Origin: an uncultured Chryseobacterium sp.
GTDB lineage: Bacteria; Bacteroidota; Bacteroidia; Flavobacteriales; Weeksellaceae
Assembly: GCA_913776245.1 (NCBI GenBank)
Contig: CAJYLO010000017.1
Span: 21,184 to 85,183, forward strand
Direction of reading: 5' to 3'
Length of the DNA: 64,000 nucleotides
Shown piece after piece: positions 42,225-51,952 of this stretch. The notes below the pieces were generated by a model that saw only the letters and a list, made by a program, of their open reading frames with translations, had not been told where the DNA came from and ran no database searches. The first letter of the stretch is position 1; each line of letters opens with the position of its first letter. The translations under genes and the position numbers were made by a program.

Positions 42225-43031
42225 TCAGATATTACCTATCACGAACATGTTTTCCATTGTAGGAACTGTACTTCCACCTTGTTTTTCCAGGGTAATTGCA
42301 AATGCCTGAGCTTTAGGAATATTTGCTAATGAAACTTTGCTGTCTTTTTCTTCTGTATACATCCCTGCACTTACTGGTTTCCCGTCAGCGATAGCCCAAA
42401 GCTGATATTGCATACCTTCCGGAGCTTTAGGAAGATCTTCGGCATTGAGATAGACATTTTTTGTTTTTTTATCCCAGAAAACCACTGCTTTTGATTCGGG
42501 ATGCTTTTCAACGCCCTTCAGAGCAACCATTACCATATCAGGATCCGAAAACATTTTTAGCTTCTGGCTGATTTTTTGATTTGCAGAATTAAGGTTTTTT
42601 TTCTCACTTTGCAACGCAATAATCCTTTCTTTATTTTCGGATTGATTATTCAACCAGAATAGATTTCCTGCAAGGCTCAGGAGAAAAAGCACAGATGCAG
42701 CGGCGGCAAATACTTTCCAGTTATTGTTACCAATCACCCTGATCTCTTCCTGAGGATTTTCTAGAGGAATTTCAGATGAAACAATACTTTCTATATGTTG
42801 CTGAGGCTCATTCTGAATCCTGTACCAGATTTTAGTTTTAAGGTCAGCGGGAGGTTTTATTGCCTGAGCATCTGCGAGATCTTCTAATGTTTTTTGCGCT
42901 TCATCAAAAACGGCCTTAACCTCTGCATTATTCTTCATAATACACTCCAGAATGCCTGCTTCCTCAGGAGAAGCAAGACCTAGAATATAAGATTCTATAA
43001 TTCCGGATGATATGTATTCTTTAGTATTCAA
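42225..43031 (-). CDS. Anti-sigma factor (RskA/anti-sigma-K type)
   Basis: IESYILG N-terminus, TM helix, YQLWAI and AFAITLEKQGGS RskA motifs; TTG start. Confidence 0.9.
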   Translation of the reverse strand: MNTKEYISSGIIESYILGLASPEEAGILECIMKNNAEVKAVFDEAQKTLEDLADAQAIKPPADLKTKIWYRIQNEPQQHIESIVSSEIPLENPQEEIRVIGNNNWKVFAAAASVLFLLSLAGNLFWLNNQSENKERIIALQSEKKNLNSANQKISQKLKMFSDPDMVMVALKGVEKHPESKAVVFWDKKTKNVYLNAEDLPKAPEGMQYQLWAIADGKPVSAGMYTEEKDSKVSLANIPKAQAFAITLEKQGGSTVPTMENMFVIGNI

Positions 43032-43032
43032 T

Positions 43033-43581
43033 TTATTGATAATCTTTTAACAAATTCTTTAGTTTCATCAGTGCGTTTCTCATTTTGGTTTTTACAGTTC
43101 CAAGTGGTATTTTAAGTTTTTCAGAAATCTCGTTCTGTGTATATCCTTGGTAATATGCCAGTTCTATAAGTTCCTGCTTATCGGTTTCCAGGTTTTTCAG
43201 GACATTTTTCAGTCCTATAAAATCAGATTCATCATCATTTTCGGAAAGTTCTTTTGAATTATATACGAAATCCGGAAGCGATTGGTTTTTAAGTTCGTTT
43301 TGAAATCCTTTGGATTTGAGATAGTCAATAGCAGTATTCCTGGCAATGTTGATAATCCAGGTATAGAATCTTCCTTTGGAGGCGTCATACTGTGCAATGG
43401 AATGCCATATTTTAACAAAAACATCCTGAATAATCTCTTCCGTATATTCTTTGGAATGAACAATCCTGAGGATAACGCCATATAACGCTCCGGAATAGTT
43501 ATCATACAGGTGATGAAAACCATTTTCGTTTTTGTCTCTCAACAGAACGATAAGTTGTTCCTCAGAATATTTTGTTTTAAT
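43033..43581 (-). CDS. ECF RNA polymerase sigma factor (SigK-like); start probably ATT 43581
   Basis: QDVFVKIW region 2, TWIINIARN, AYYQGYTQNEISEKLKIPLGTVKT region 4. Confidence 0.9.
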   Translation of the reverse strand: MKTKYSEEQLIVLLRDKNENGFHHLYDNYSGALYGVILRIVHSKEYTEEIIQDVFVKIWHSIAQYDASKGRFYTWIINIARNTAIDYLKSKGFQNELKNQSLPDFVYNSKELSENDDESDFIGLKNVLKNLETDKQELIELAYYQGYTQNEISEKLKIPLGTVKTKMRNALMKLKNLLKDYQ

Positions 43582-43630
43582 AGTAAAATTTTTTCGATTC
43601 AAATTTAATAAAATAAAATATATGCCAAAC

Positions 43631-43661
43631 AAATCCAAAGAAACTTTTGTTTCGTAGATGA
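43631..43661 (+). promoter_or_regulatory. Putative ECF promoter upstream of msrB
   Basis: AAATCCAAA...TCGTAGATGA; ATCC-N16-CGTA. Confidence 0.7.
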
Positions 43662-43684
43662 TTTAATAAACAATTATTAAAAAA

Positions 43685-44203
43685 ATGAAAAAGTCAATTA
43701 TCAGTAATGTCATTAATTTCTCATTTGCATTCGTTTCAATTTTTTATAATGCACAGAGTGGTAATTTCAAAACTAAAAACCCGTACTATTCCAGAACTGA
43801 TACTAAGCCGATCAAAGTTAGTAATACGGAGTGGAGAAAAATTCTAAAGCCTGAATTGTACAAGGTTGCAAGAGAAACAGATACAGAAATGGCATTCACG
43901 GGAAAATATTATGAATTTGATGAAAAAGGCACTTATTACTGTGCCGTTTGCGGAAACGCATTATTTCTCTCGACTTCAAAATTTGCTACGACCTGTGGGT
44001 GGCCTTCTTTTTATGAGCCAGTTCGCCAGAATAGTGTTAAATATAAAAAGGATACATCATACAACATGGTAAGAACAGAAGTTCTTTGCGGCCGCTGTGA
44101 TTCTCATCTTGGACATATTTTCGATGATGGACCAAAGCCCACTGGAAAAAGATTTTGCATGAACTCTGTTTGCCTGGATTTTGTGCCGCTAAGAAAAAAT
44201 TAA
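43685..44203 (+). CDS. msrB: Peptide-methionine (R)-S-oxide reductase with signal peptide
   Basis: CAVC/CGRC zinc pairs, CGWPSF, HLGHIFDDGP, RFCMNS. Confidence 0.95.
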   Translation: MKKSIISNVINFSFAFVSIFYNAQSGNFKTKNPYYSRTDTKPIKVSNTEWRKILKPELYKVARETDTEMAFTGKYYEFDEKGTYYCAVCGNALFLSTSKFATTCGWPSFYEPVRQNSVKYKKDTSYNMVRTEVLCGRCDSHLGHIFDDGPKPTGKRFCMNSVCLDFVPLRKN

Positions 44204-44245
44204 TTATCATATTATCAGTTGTTTATGATTTATTTCAAAAAAAAT

Positions 44246-44277
44246 AAATCCAAAACAAGTCCACTTCTCGTAGATGA
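44246..44277 (+). promoter_or_regulatory. Putative ECF promoter upstream of fasciclin/ferritin genes
   Basis: AAATCCAAA...TCGTAGATGA; ATCC-N17-CGTA. Confidence 0.7.
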
Positions 44278-44312
44278 GTTTAACAACAAATATTAATCAA
44301 AAAATAAACAAA

Positions 44313-44882
44313 ATGAACACGCGTACAAAAATGGCAGCTTTAGGAATGATAGCATTATCATTCGCATTTAGTGGAAACGTTTCCGCTCAGTCCACAAAAG
44401 AAAAAACAGTAATGGTTGGAGGAGCGCCAATGTATCCTTCAAAAAACATTATAGAAAATGCAGTTAATTCAAAAGACCACACTACGCTTGTTGCGGCGGT
44501 AAAAGCAGCGGGATTAGTGGAAACGCTACAAGGAAAAGGGCCGTTTACAGTTCTTGCTCCTACAGATGCTGCTTTTAATAAACTGCCGCAAGGAACTGTT
44601 GAGAACCTTGTAAAACCACAAAACAAAGAAATGCTGACAACGATTCTAACTTATCACGTATTGCCAGGTAAGTACAATGCCAAACAAATCTGGGCAGCCG
44701 TGAAAGCCGGCAACGGGAAAGCAATGATGAAAACAGTGGAAGGGGAAAGTGTTACTTTTTGGACAAAAGGTAATGACCTGTATGTGAGAGATGCCAAAGG
44801 TATGGATGCTAAGGTGACCATCGCAGATGTGAACCAGTCTAATGGTGTTATCCACGTGATTGATACAGTTCTTATGCCCTAA
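44313..44882 (+). CDS. Fasciclin (FAS1) domain protein
   Basis: TVLAPTDAAF, ILTYHV, NGVIHVIDTVLMP; signal peptide. Start ATG 44313. Confidence 0.93.
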   Translation: MNTRTKMAALGMIALSFAFSGNVSAQSTKEKTVMVGGAPMYPSKNIIENAVNSKDHTTLVAAVKAAGLVETLQGKGPFTVLAPTDAAFNKLPQGTVENLVKPQNKEMLTTILTYHVLPGKYNAKQIWAAVKAGNGKAMMKTVEGESVTFWTKGNDLYVRDAKGMDAKVTIADVNQSNGVIHVIDTVLMP

Positions 44883-44953
44883 GTAGATGACAAAGCAGTG
44901 TAATTGTTTTATACTGCTTTTTTTTAAATAAACCAACACTAAAAAATATTATT

Positions 44954-45667
44954 ATGAAAAAAACAATCAGCGTATCTAATCAGGGAGCAACCCTGGATAC
45001 TGGCAGAAGAAACTTTTTGAAACTCAGCGGAGTTGGGCTTGCAATGGCCGGACTAGCGCTGGTTGGATGTAACGATGATGATTTGATAATGGATGATGGA
45101 AGCGGAAACGTATTTGATTTAGGAAAAGGCGATGTTGGTGTCTTAAATTATGCTTATGCTTTGGAACAGCTGGAAGCAGATTTTTACACCAAAGTTGTTA
45201 ATAATTTTTACTCAGGTATTTCCAGTGTGGAGAAAGAGCTTTTTACAGATCTTTATCACCACGAAGTGATACACAGGGATTTTTTCAAAGCAGCAATAAG
45301 CGGAGCCACTTCCAATGTATTGCCAACTCTGGAATTTCAATATCCCGGTGTGAATTTTAATGACAGAAACTCTGTTCTTGCGACAGCAAAAGCGCTTGAA
45401 GATACAGGTGTTGCAGCATACAATGGTGCGGGACGATATATCACAAATCCTGATTATCTTGTGATTGCAGGTAAAATTGTTTCCGTAGAAGCAAGACATG
45501 CATCAGCCATAAGAAATCTGATTAATCCAGGTTCTGCAGATTTTTCCGGAGACGATGTAATAAACGCCAATGGATTGGATCTAGCTAAAGAGCCGAAAGA
45601 TATTGTAGCCGTGGCCGCAGGATTTATAAAAACGCCTTTCACCTGGAAAGAAAGAGGTATCAGCTAA
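44954..45667 (+). CDS. Ferritin-like domain protein, predicted Tat-exported lipoprotein
   Basis: GRRNFLK twin-Arg motif, lipobox LVGC, LNYAYALEQLEADFY, EVIH, LEDTG, VEARHA. Confidence 0.88.
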   Translation: MKKTISVSNQGATLDTGRRNFLKLSGVGLAMAGLALVGCNDDDLIMDDGSGNVFDLGKGDVGVLNYAYALEQLEADFYTKVVNNFYSGISSVEKELFTDLYHHEVIHRDFFKAAISGATSNVLPTLEFQYPGVNFNDRNSVLATAKALEDTGVAAYNGAGRYITNPDYLVIAGKIVSVEARHASAIRNLINPGSADFSGDDVINANGLDLAKEPKDIVAVAAGFIKTPFTWKERGIS

Positions 45668-45691
45668 TTATCAACATCAAAATCAATCATT

Positions 45692-46510
45692 ATGAATATT
45701 CTTAAATTATTAGATAAACTTTCTGACGACAAATTTTTCACTAAAGAAGCGTCCAGATTAGAAACAATTACCAATCTTTCAAGTTTTGGAAAAAAAGCAG
45801 CAGTTGCCGCAGTTCCACTTGGCTTGGGAGCGATGATGACTACTTCTGTGAAGGCAGAAACAACAAGCAACACCACAATATCATCAGCTGTCTTCAAAGA
45901 TGCGCTTACCGATGCTTTACAGCTTGCTTTGGTATTAGAATATCTTGAAGATGAATACTACAGAATGGGATTAAGTAAGGCTAATCTTATTCCTTCTGCG
46001 GACAGAACTGTTTTTATGCAGATTTCAAAACATGAAACAGCACACGTTGCTTTCCTTAAAAGTGCTTTGACTTCGTTAGGACAAACTCCGGGAGCAAAAC
46101 CAACATTCGATTTTACGGCAAAAGGAAATTTTTCACCATTTGATGATTACAATCAGTTCCTGATTCTTGCACAGGCATTTGAAGATACTGGTGTGAGAGC
46201 TTATAAAGGTCAGGCTGGTAATGTGATGTCTAATAAAGATGTCTTGACAGCTGCACTTCAGATTCACTCCGTAGAAGCAAGACATGCATCTCAAGTTAGA
46301 AGAATGAGAGCTAACAAAGGTTGGATAGAATTGTCTAACGGAGGAAATATGCCTTCTGCAACTAATGCGGTTTATGCAGGAGAGGAAAATACAAATCAGG
46401 CAGGATTCAATACCGCAAATGCTTTTGGAGCAGCGGCCGGTTCGGCTGCTTATGACGAAGTACTAAGCGGAAGTGATGCAACTGCAATTGCCTCATTATT
46501 TATAGCATAG
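45692..46510 (+). CDS. Ferritin-like domain protein
   Basis: ALVLEYLE, HETAH, FEDTG, VEARHA di-metal motifs. Confidence 0.88.
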   Translation: MNILKLLDKLSDDKFFTKEASRLETITNLSSFGKKAAVAAVPLGLGAMMTTSVKAETTSNTTISSAVFKDALTDALQLALVLEYLEDEYYRMGLSKANLIPSADRTVFMQISKHETAHVAFLKSALTSLGQTPGAKPTFDFTAKGNFSPFDDYNQFLILAQAFEDTGVRAYKGQAGNVMSNKDVLTAALQIHSVEARHASQVRRMRANKGWIELSNGGNMPSATNAVYAGEENTNQAGFNTANAFGAAAGSAAYDEVLSGSDATAIASLFIA

Positions 46511-46657
46511 CGCTCACCATAATAGTTTTTTTTGTGAATCATTTTCCGGTTTCGGCTGGAAAATGATTTTTTATAGGATATTTTTCTCAATTGATTATAA
46601 TTGATCTGCTAATTAAAAAAAAGCTTTCAAATATTATTTGAAAGCCTTGGGAATAAC

Positions 46658-47899
46658 CTATTTATTGATTATTAGTTTTTGAGATGAGGTTTTTCCTTTA
46701 TTATGGATTTGAATGAAGTAAACACCTTGTGTGAACCTACTTGTATTGATCCGCGCATTCCCGCCGGTTGCTATTTCTGAATATATCAGCTTCCCGGTGG
46801 CATCTGTAATCCTGATATCCGAATCTTCCGGAAGGTTATTGATGTAGGTAAAGTCTTTGGCAGGATTTGGAGAGATAATCATTGTCTTTACAGAATTTGC
46901 TGATGTTGAAAGGTTTTCGTTCCAGACATAAATTCCGCCAGTGGTAGCACCAACTTCTCCATCGATATAAGCCAGCCAGAATTTTCCGTCAGAAGTAACA
47001 CCAAGACTGCCGTTTCCGTTGGCAGGCAATCCATTATTAACAGGTGTGAAAGTTTGTCCGCCATCTATGGACGTTACAAAGATGTTTCCCGTTTTACTCA
47101 CCATCAGTCTTCCGGAAGCATTCGCCTTGATATTAACAATGCTGCCACCTGAAGTTATCGGAGAGCAAACAGTCCAGGTATTTCCGTTATCTGTACTTTT
47201 CAGCACATTTGTATTTACTCCTGCTGTATAAAATGTGTTATTTCCTGCGTAAGTAACCATCGGAGCAATGCTGGAAGTTCCGATCAGATTTTTCAGAGAA
47301 ATATTCTTTAGTGTCAATCCATTATCGTCCGTGTAAGCAAGATCATATCCGAAATTCCCATCGTGCCCGAAAATTACTCTTCCGGACGGATTGACTGCAA
47401 AGAATCTGAAATCCGGTGTCACATCTGTGCTTGTAGTGGTGCCCAGAGAGAAAATATTTGGAGAGACACTGAGAGATTTGTAAAGCTGATCTGCGAAAAG
47501 CAATTTTCCGTCAGCTAACAATCCTGAAGGGAAAAAATAGCCATTTTCCGTTCCGCTTACTTTTTTCCACGTTATACCACCGTCATCTGTATAATTGGAA
47601 GTGGGATTTGTGTATCCTATGTTTCCCGCAACCAAGCCGGAAGAAGTAGCCACCAGATAAACCGTGTAAAAAAACGGGATACTTCCTACTTTCCAGGTTT
47701 GTCCGCCATCAAAAGAGCTTACCAGAGTCTGTGGAGTTGTATCGGCAGGTGATTTTCCAAATGCATAAATGATATTTCCGTAGGTTCTGATCTCTTTGTA
47801 CTGAATGTTTGTAGGAGCAGATGTTTTTATCCATTTTTGTGCATTGAGAAGAGATGCTGAAAGGATTACTAAAGAGGTAAATTTGATAAGAATCTTCAT
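46658..47899 (-). CDS. BNR/Asp-box beta-propeller protein with T9SS C-terminal sorting domain
   Basis: SFDGGQTW, TDDGGITW, STDNGNTW, SIDGGQTF repeats; CTD ISPNPA...GVYFI...KLIINK. Confidence 0.82.
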   Translation of the reverse strand: MKILIKFTSLVILSASLLNAQKWIKTSAPTNIQYKEIRTYGNIIYAFGKSPADTTPQTLVSSFDGGQTWKVGSIPFFYTVYLVATSSGLVAGNIGYTNPTSNYTDDGGITWKKVSGTENGYFFPSGLLADGKLLFADQLYKSLSVSPNIFSLGTTTSTDVTPDFRFFAVNPSGRVIFGHDGNFGYDLAYTDDNGLTLKNISLKNLIGTSSIAPMVTYAGNNTFYTAGVNTNVLKSTDNGNTWTVCSPITSGGSIVNIKANASGRLMVSKTGNIFVTSIDGGQTFTPVNNGLPANGNGSLGVTSDGKFWLAYIDGEVGATTGGIYVWNENLSTSANSVKTMIISPNPAKDFTYINNLPEDSDIRITDATGKLIYSEIATGGNARINTSRFTQGVYFIQIHNKGKTSSQKLIINK

Positions 47900-47904
47900 T
47901 GTAG

Positions 47905-48444
47905 TTAGTTAATTGTCCCACTGAATTTTCCCTGCTCTGCAAACGCCTCCCGTTTGGAATTATTGTATCCTACGGCGTAAAAAGTACCCTCAATTTTGTT
48001 GCCGTTTACGGAAGTGATTTTTACTTCTCCGCCACCACTCACATTGGCACCATTATTATCCGTACTGTAAGACATGGACTGATCCGTGACATTTTGATAA
48101 TCTTTTCTGAAAACAATCCCATTTTGCGAACCGTTTCCTAAAGTATAAACTTTATTTGCAGCCACATCTCCGTAAAGGACCATATTGACAGATTCTTTTC
48201 CGCCATCACGTATTCCGGAAATTGTGATGATGGTTACACCTGCAGCCGAGGTTCTTACAATGCCTGCTTTTGTAGAGCTGAATTTTCCTGCATTTGCACC
48301 ATCGAAACCATATTGCTCGGCGGTGAGTGTTGCCGCATTTCCGGTACTGTTGTCAATGTTTTCATCATCATCATTTCTGTGGCAAGAAAATAAAATTACG
48401 GTTGAAAATAATCCTGCTAACAGGAGAAAAAATAGTTTTTTCAT
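47905..48444 (-). CDS. Hypothetical surface lipoprotein
   Basis: Lipobox LFSC followed by acidic export-signal-like HRNDDDE; beta-rich, ending GKFSGTIN. Confidence 0.75.
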   Translation of the reverse strand: MKKLFFLLLAGLFSTVILFSCHRNDDDENIDNSTGNAATLTAEQYGFDGANAGKFSSTKAGIVRTSAAGVTIITISGIRDGGKESVNMVLYGDVAANKVYTLGNGSQNGIVFRKDYQNVTDQSMSYSTDNNGANVSGGGEVKITSVNGNKIEGTFYAVGYNNSKREAFAEQGKFSGTIN

Positions 48445-48632
48445 TGTATTGATTTTAATAGGTTATTGATAATGCAAAACTATTTTACTGCGATTTTTAA
48501 ATCAATAATGAATAACACACTTTGTTCATGGGTATTTGTACCTACTTTTTACTCTTGAGTGGTATTGCATAAAAATTTACAGACTAAAGTTTTGGCTTTA
48601 TTTTGGCTCTTCAAGCACATAAAAGTGAAGTT

Positions 48633-49913
48633 ATGAAAGATCAAGATCCTGTTGTAATTATCGGCGGAGGCTTTGCCGGTGTAAAATTGGCCGAAGATCT
48701 CCTGAAAGCGGATTTTAAAAACAAAATTATTCTGGTGGATAAAAATAATTACAATTTCTTTCCGCCTTTGCTGTATCAGGTTGCTACAGGATTTTTGGAC
48801 GTCTCTAATATCAGTTACCCATTCAGGAAGCATTTCAGATCTTTCAAGAATTTTTCTTTTATTATGGGGGAATTGAAGCAAATATTTCCTGATGAAAACA
48901 AAATAATGTTAAGTTGTGGTGAGATCAGATACTCTAAGCTCATTATAGCAACAGGAACTATCACCAATTATTTTGGTAATGACAATGTCCGTAAAAATGC
49001 GCTTCCAATGAAGACGATAAATGATGCCATAAATCTCAAAAATAAAGTTCTGGAAAGATTAGAGCTCGCTTCGAAAACAAGTGACATCGGGCTTAAAAGA
49101 AAACTGACCACATTCGTCATAGCTGGCGGAGGACCAACAGGTGTCGAGATTGCGGGGATGCTGAGCGAACTCCGTAAAAATATATTGCACAGGGATTATC
49201 CCGAGCTGAAAGGTGAAGTTTTTTCGATTTATTTAATAGACGGCTTACCAACTGTACTTGCGCCAATGAGTAAAGATTCTCAGGATTATGCCAGAAAAAC
49301 TCTCGAAGAAAGCGGTGTTTTGCTGAAACTGGGCCAGGTAGTTAAAGATTACACCGATGGCATAGTTCATATTGCGGATGGTACCACCATTTTGTCTGAA
49401 AATCTGATATGGACGGCAGGTGTGACAGCACAAAAATTTCCGGGTTTGCCTGATGCTTCTTACGGAAAAGCTAACAGGCTTATTGTGGATGCCAATAATA
49501 AAGTAGAGTTAACTCAAAATATTTACGCTATAGGCGATACCTGCATTATGGAATCGGATCCGGCATTTCCGAAAGGGCATCCTCAATTGGCACAGGTAGC
49601 CATACAGCAAGCAAAACTTCTGGCGCATAATATCATTGCCGAATCAGAAGGACATCCTATGAAAGAATTTAATTATAAAGATAAAGGATCAATGGCAATT
49701 ATAAGAAGAAACCGTGCCGTAGCAGATCTGAATGGACCAGTGAAGCATTTTAACGGATTCATTGCCTGGCTGATATGGATTTTTATCCACCTGATGTCTC
49801 TGATTAATTTTAGAAATAAAGTCACGACGTTTTTCAACTGGCTGAATTCCTACCTCACAAAAGATCAGCCACTTCGGATGATTATCGATCCTTCAAAAGA
49901 TAAAATTGTTTAA
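48633..49913 (+). CDS. ndh: Type II NADH:quinone oxidoreductase-like FAD-dependent oxidoreductase
   Basis: IIGGGFAG, FPPLLYQVATG, AGGGPTGVE, YAIGD, AQVAIQQ. Start ATG 48633. Confidence 0.88.
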   Translation: MKDQDPVVIIGGGFAGVKLAEDLLKADFKNKIILVDKNNYNFFPPLLYQVATGFLDVSNISYPFRKHFRSFKNFSFIMGELKQIFPDENKIMLSCGEIRYSKLIIATGTITNYFGNDNVRKNALPMKTINDAINLKNKVLERLELASKTSDIGLKRKLTTFVIAGGGPTGVEIAGMLSELRKNILHRDYPELKGEVFSIYLIDGLPTVLAPMSKDSQDYARKTLEESGVLLKLGQVVKDYTDGIVHIADGTTILSENLIWTAGVTAQKFPGLPDASYGKANRLIVDANNKVELTQNIYAIGDTCIMESDPAFPKGHPQLAQVAIQQAKLLAHNIIAESEGHPMKEFNYKDKGSMAIIRRNRAVADLNGPVKHFNGFIAWLIWIFIHLMSLINFRNKVTTFFNWLNSYLTKDQPLRMIIDPSKDKIV

Positions 49914-50046
49914 TAATATATTGCGGTAGAAGGCTTAAAGAGGCGAAGTATACAATGTAAATAAATATTAATGAACAATTTTTATTATATAAATATTATA
50001 TGGTAAAAAATCGATACATTTATCCTCCATTTTTTAAATTATCGAT

Positions 50047-51903
50047 ATGCTGAAAAAATACCTTTTGCTTTGTTTTATTCTTCCTGAATTATTCATGGCT
50101 CAGATTCCTGCCGGCTACTATTCCGGGACGGAAGGTTTATCCGGATATCAGCTGAAGACCAAGCTTCATAACATCATATCTGCAAAAACATACAACTGGC
50201 ACTATGATGACCTGAAGACTCTGTACGGGCAAACTGATATAGATAAATATTATGACTATGATGCCAGCAATACCACCTATTTGTTAGATATCTATTCCAA
50301 TAATCCTGGGGGAACAACAGCCTACCATTATACACTCAGTAATATAATCAGCAGTGCCAGTGCAGAAGGGCAGGGCTGGAACCGTGAGCATATGATGCCC
50401 CAGAGTTCTTTCAATAGTGCATATCCTATGTATTCTGATCTGTTTTTTGTGGTTCCTACAGATGCGAGAATCAATCAGCTGAGAAGTAATTATCCGTATG
50501 GAAAAGCCGGTTCTACAGTTTATTATAATTTCACTAATGGTTCAAAACAGGCATCCAACGGCACAGCTAATGCTGTTTATACCGGAAGAGTATACGAACC
50601 TGTAAATGAATTCAAAGGTGATGTGGCGAGGGCACTATTATATTTCGTAGTAAGATACGAAGGAAAGCTTGGCAGTTTTAATTACAGTACCAATGCGGAT
50701 CCGACAAAAGATCAGAACCCGCTGAACGGAACCGAAGAAAAAGCTTATGATGACTGGTATATTGCCATGCTTCTGAATTGGCATCAGCAGGATCCTGTTT
50801 CACAGAGAGAGATCGACAGGAACAATGCTGTTTATAATATTCAGAAAAACAGGAATCCTTTTATAGATCATCCGGAATGGGTAAATCTTATATGGAACCA
50901 GACTCCTGATAATGTTGCGCCGGCTGCACCTTCACAATTGTCTCTGGAGAGAAATTCCGCCTATTTTGTCACTCTGAACTGGCAGGCCAATACAGAAACG
51001 GATGTTTTGGGCTACAGAATTTATCAGGATAATGTCTTGATAGGAACTTCACAAACAAATTCTTTTTCGGCTGACCATTTGACCCCAAATACAGCCTACA
51101 ATTTTACAGTTAAGGCTTACGATTCGTCTTATCTGGAAAGCCCGCAAAGCAATACGATGAATGTTACCACCCTTGCAACCGATGTGTTTGCAAGCGATCT
51201 TCAGATTGTAAAATATCTGGAAGGTACAGGAAATAACAAAGCGTTTGAAATTGCTAACAGAACCGGCCATAAAATTAATCTTCAGGGTTACAAATTATAC
51301 ATCCAGTACAAAGGAACTGCATATTATTTTGGTGAACCATTTGAGCTGGAAGGTGATATAGAAAACAATCAGAGTTTTGTGGTGATTAATCCAAATGCTA
51401 ATTTCAGCTGTTTCAGCAACTCGAATGCGAAGTTTGTTACTGCAGCGCCATCACTGACTTTTACTGGCAGCCAGTATGTGGATTTATCTTACAAGTCAAA
51501 TACAGTTGATGCTGTTGGCATAAAAGGTCAGGATAATGCAAACAGTAACAGATCGCTGTACAGAAAAACAAATATTGTTAATCCGACTGCTACCTTTGAT
51601 ATTAATGAATGGACTACTTACAGCTCGGATTATTGCCAGGGTTTAGGCATTTTAGCTGTGAACGATATTATTAATAATAAAGCTGATATCAATATTTATC
51701 CCAATCCGGTTGTTGATCAATTAAACATTTCCGGCGACATTGATAAAGTAAAATCTGTTCAGATCTACGACCTTTCAGGAAAATTGATTAAAAGTATTAG
51801 TAATCCTTTTGTCAATGAAAAATCGATTAATGTCCAGTCTTTACTGCCAAATACTTACATTCTGAATATCGATGGAAAATCGGTTAAGTTTATCAAGAAA
51901 TAA
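50047..51903 (+). CDS. Endonuclease I family extracellular nuclease with Fn3, lamin-tail-like and T9SS domains
   Basis: WNREH, KGDVARALLY, RNPFIDHPE; Fn3 (VLGYRIY, YNFTVKAYD); CTD IYPNP...KFIKK. Confidence 0.9.
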   Translation: MLKKYLLLCFILPELFMAQIPAGYYSGTEGLSGYQLKTKLHNIISAKTYNWHYDDLKTLYGQTDIDKYYDYDASNTTYLLDIYSNNPGGTTAYHYTLSNIISSASAEGQGWNREHMMPQSSFNSAYPMYSDLFFVVPTDARINQLRSNYPYGKAGSTVYYNFTNGSKQASNGTANAVYTGRVYEPVNEFKGDVARALLYFVVRYEGKLGSFNYSTNADPTKDQNPLNGTEEKAYDDWYIAMLLNWHQQDPVSQREIDRNNAVYNIQKNRNPFIDHPEWVNLIWNQTPDNVAPAAPSQLSLERNSAYFVTLNWQANTETDVLGYRIYQDNVLIGTSQTNSFSADHLTPNTAYNFTVKAYDSSYLESPQSNTMNVTTLATDVFASDLQIVKYLEGTGNNKAFEIANRTGHKINLQGYKLYIQYKGTAYYFGEPFELEGDIENNQSFVVINPNANFSCFSNSNAKFVTAAPSLTFTGSQYVDLSYKSNTVDAVGIKGQDNANSNRSLYRKTNIVNPTATFDINEWTTYSSDYCQGLGILAVNDIINNKADINIYPNPVVDQLNISGDIDKVKSVQIYDLSGKLIKSISNPFVNEKSINVQSLLPNTYILNIDGKSVKFIKK

Positions 51904-51952
51904 ATTCATTAGAATAAACTACAAGAAGCGTTTCAGATTTTGAAACGCTTTT

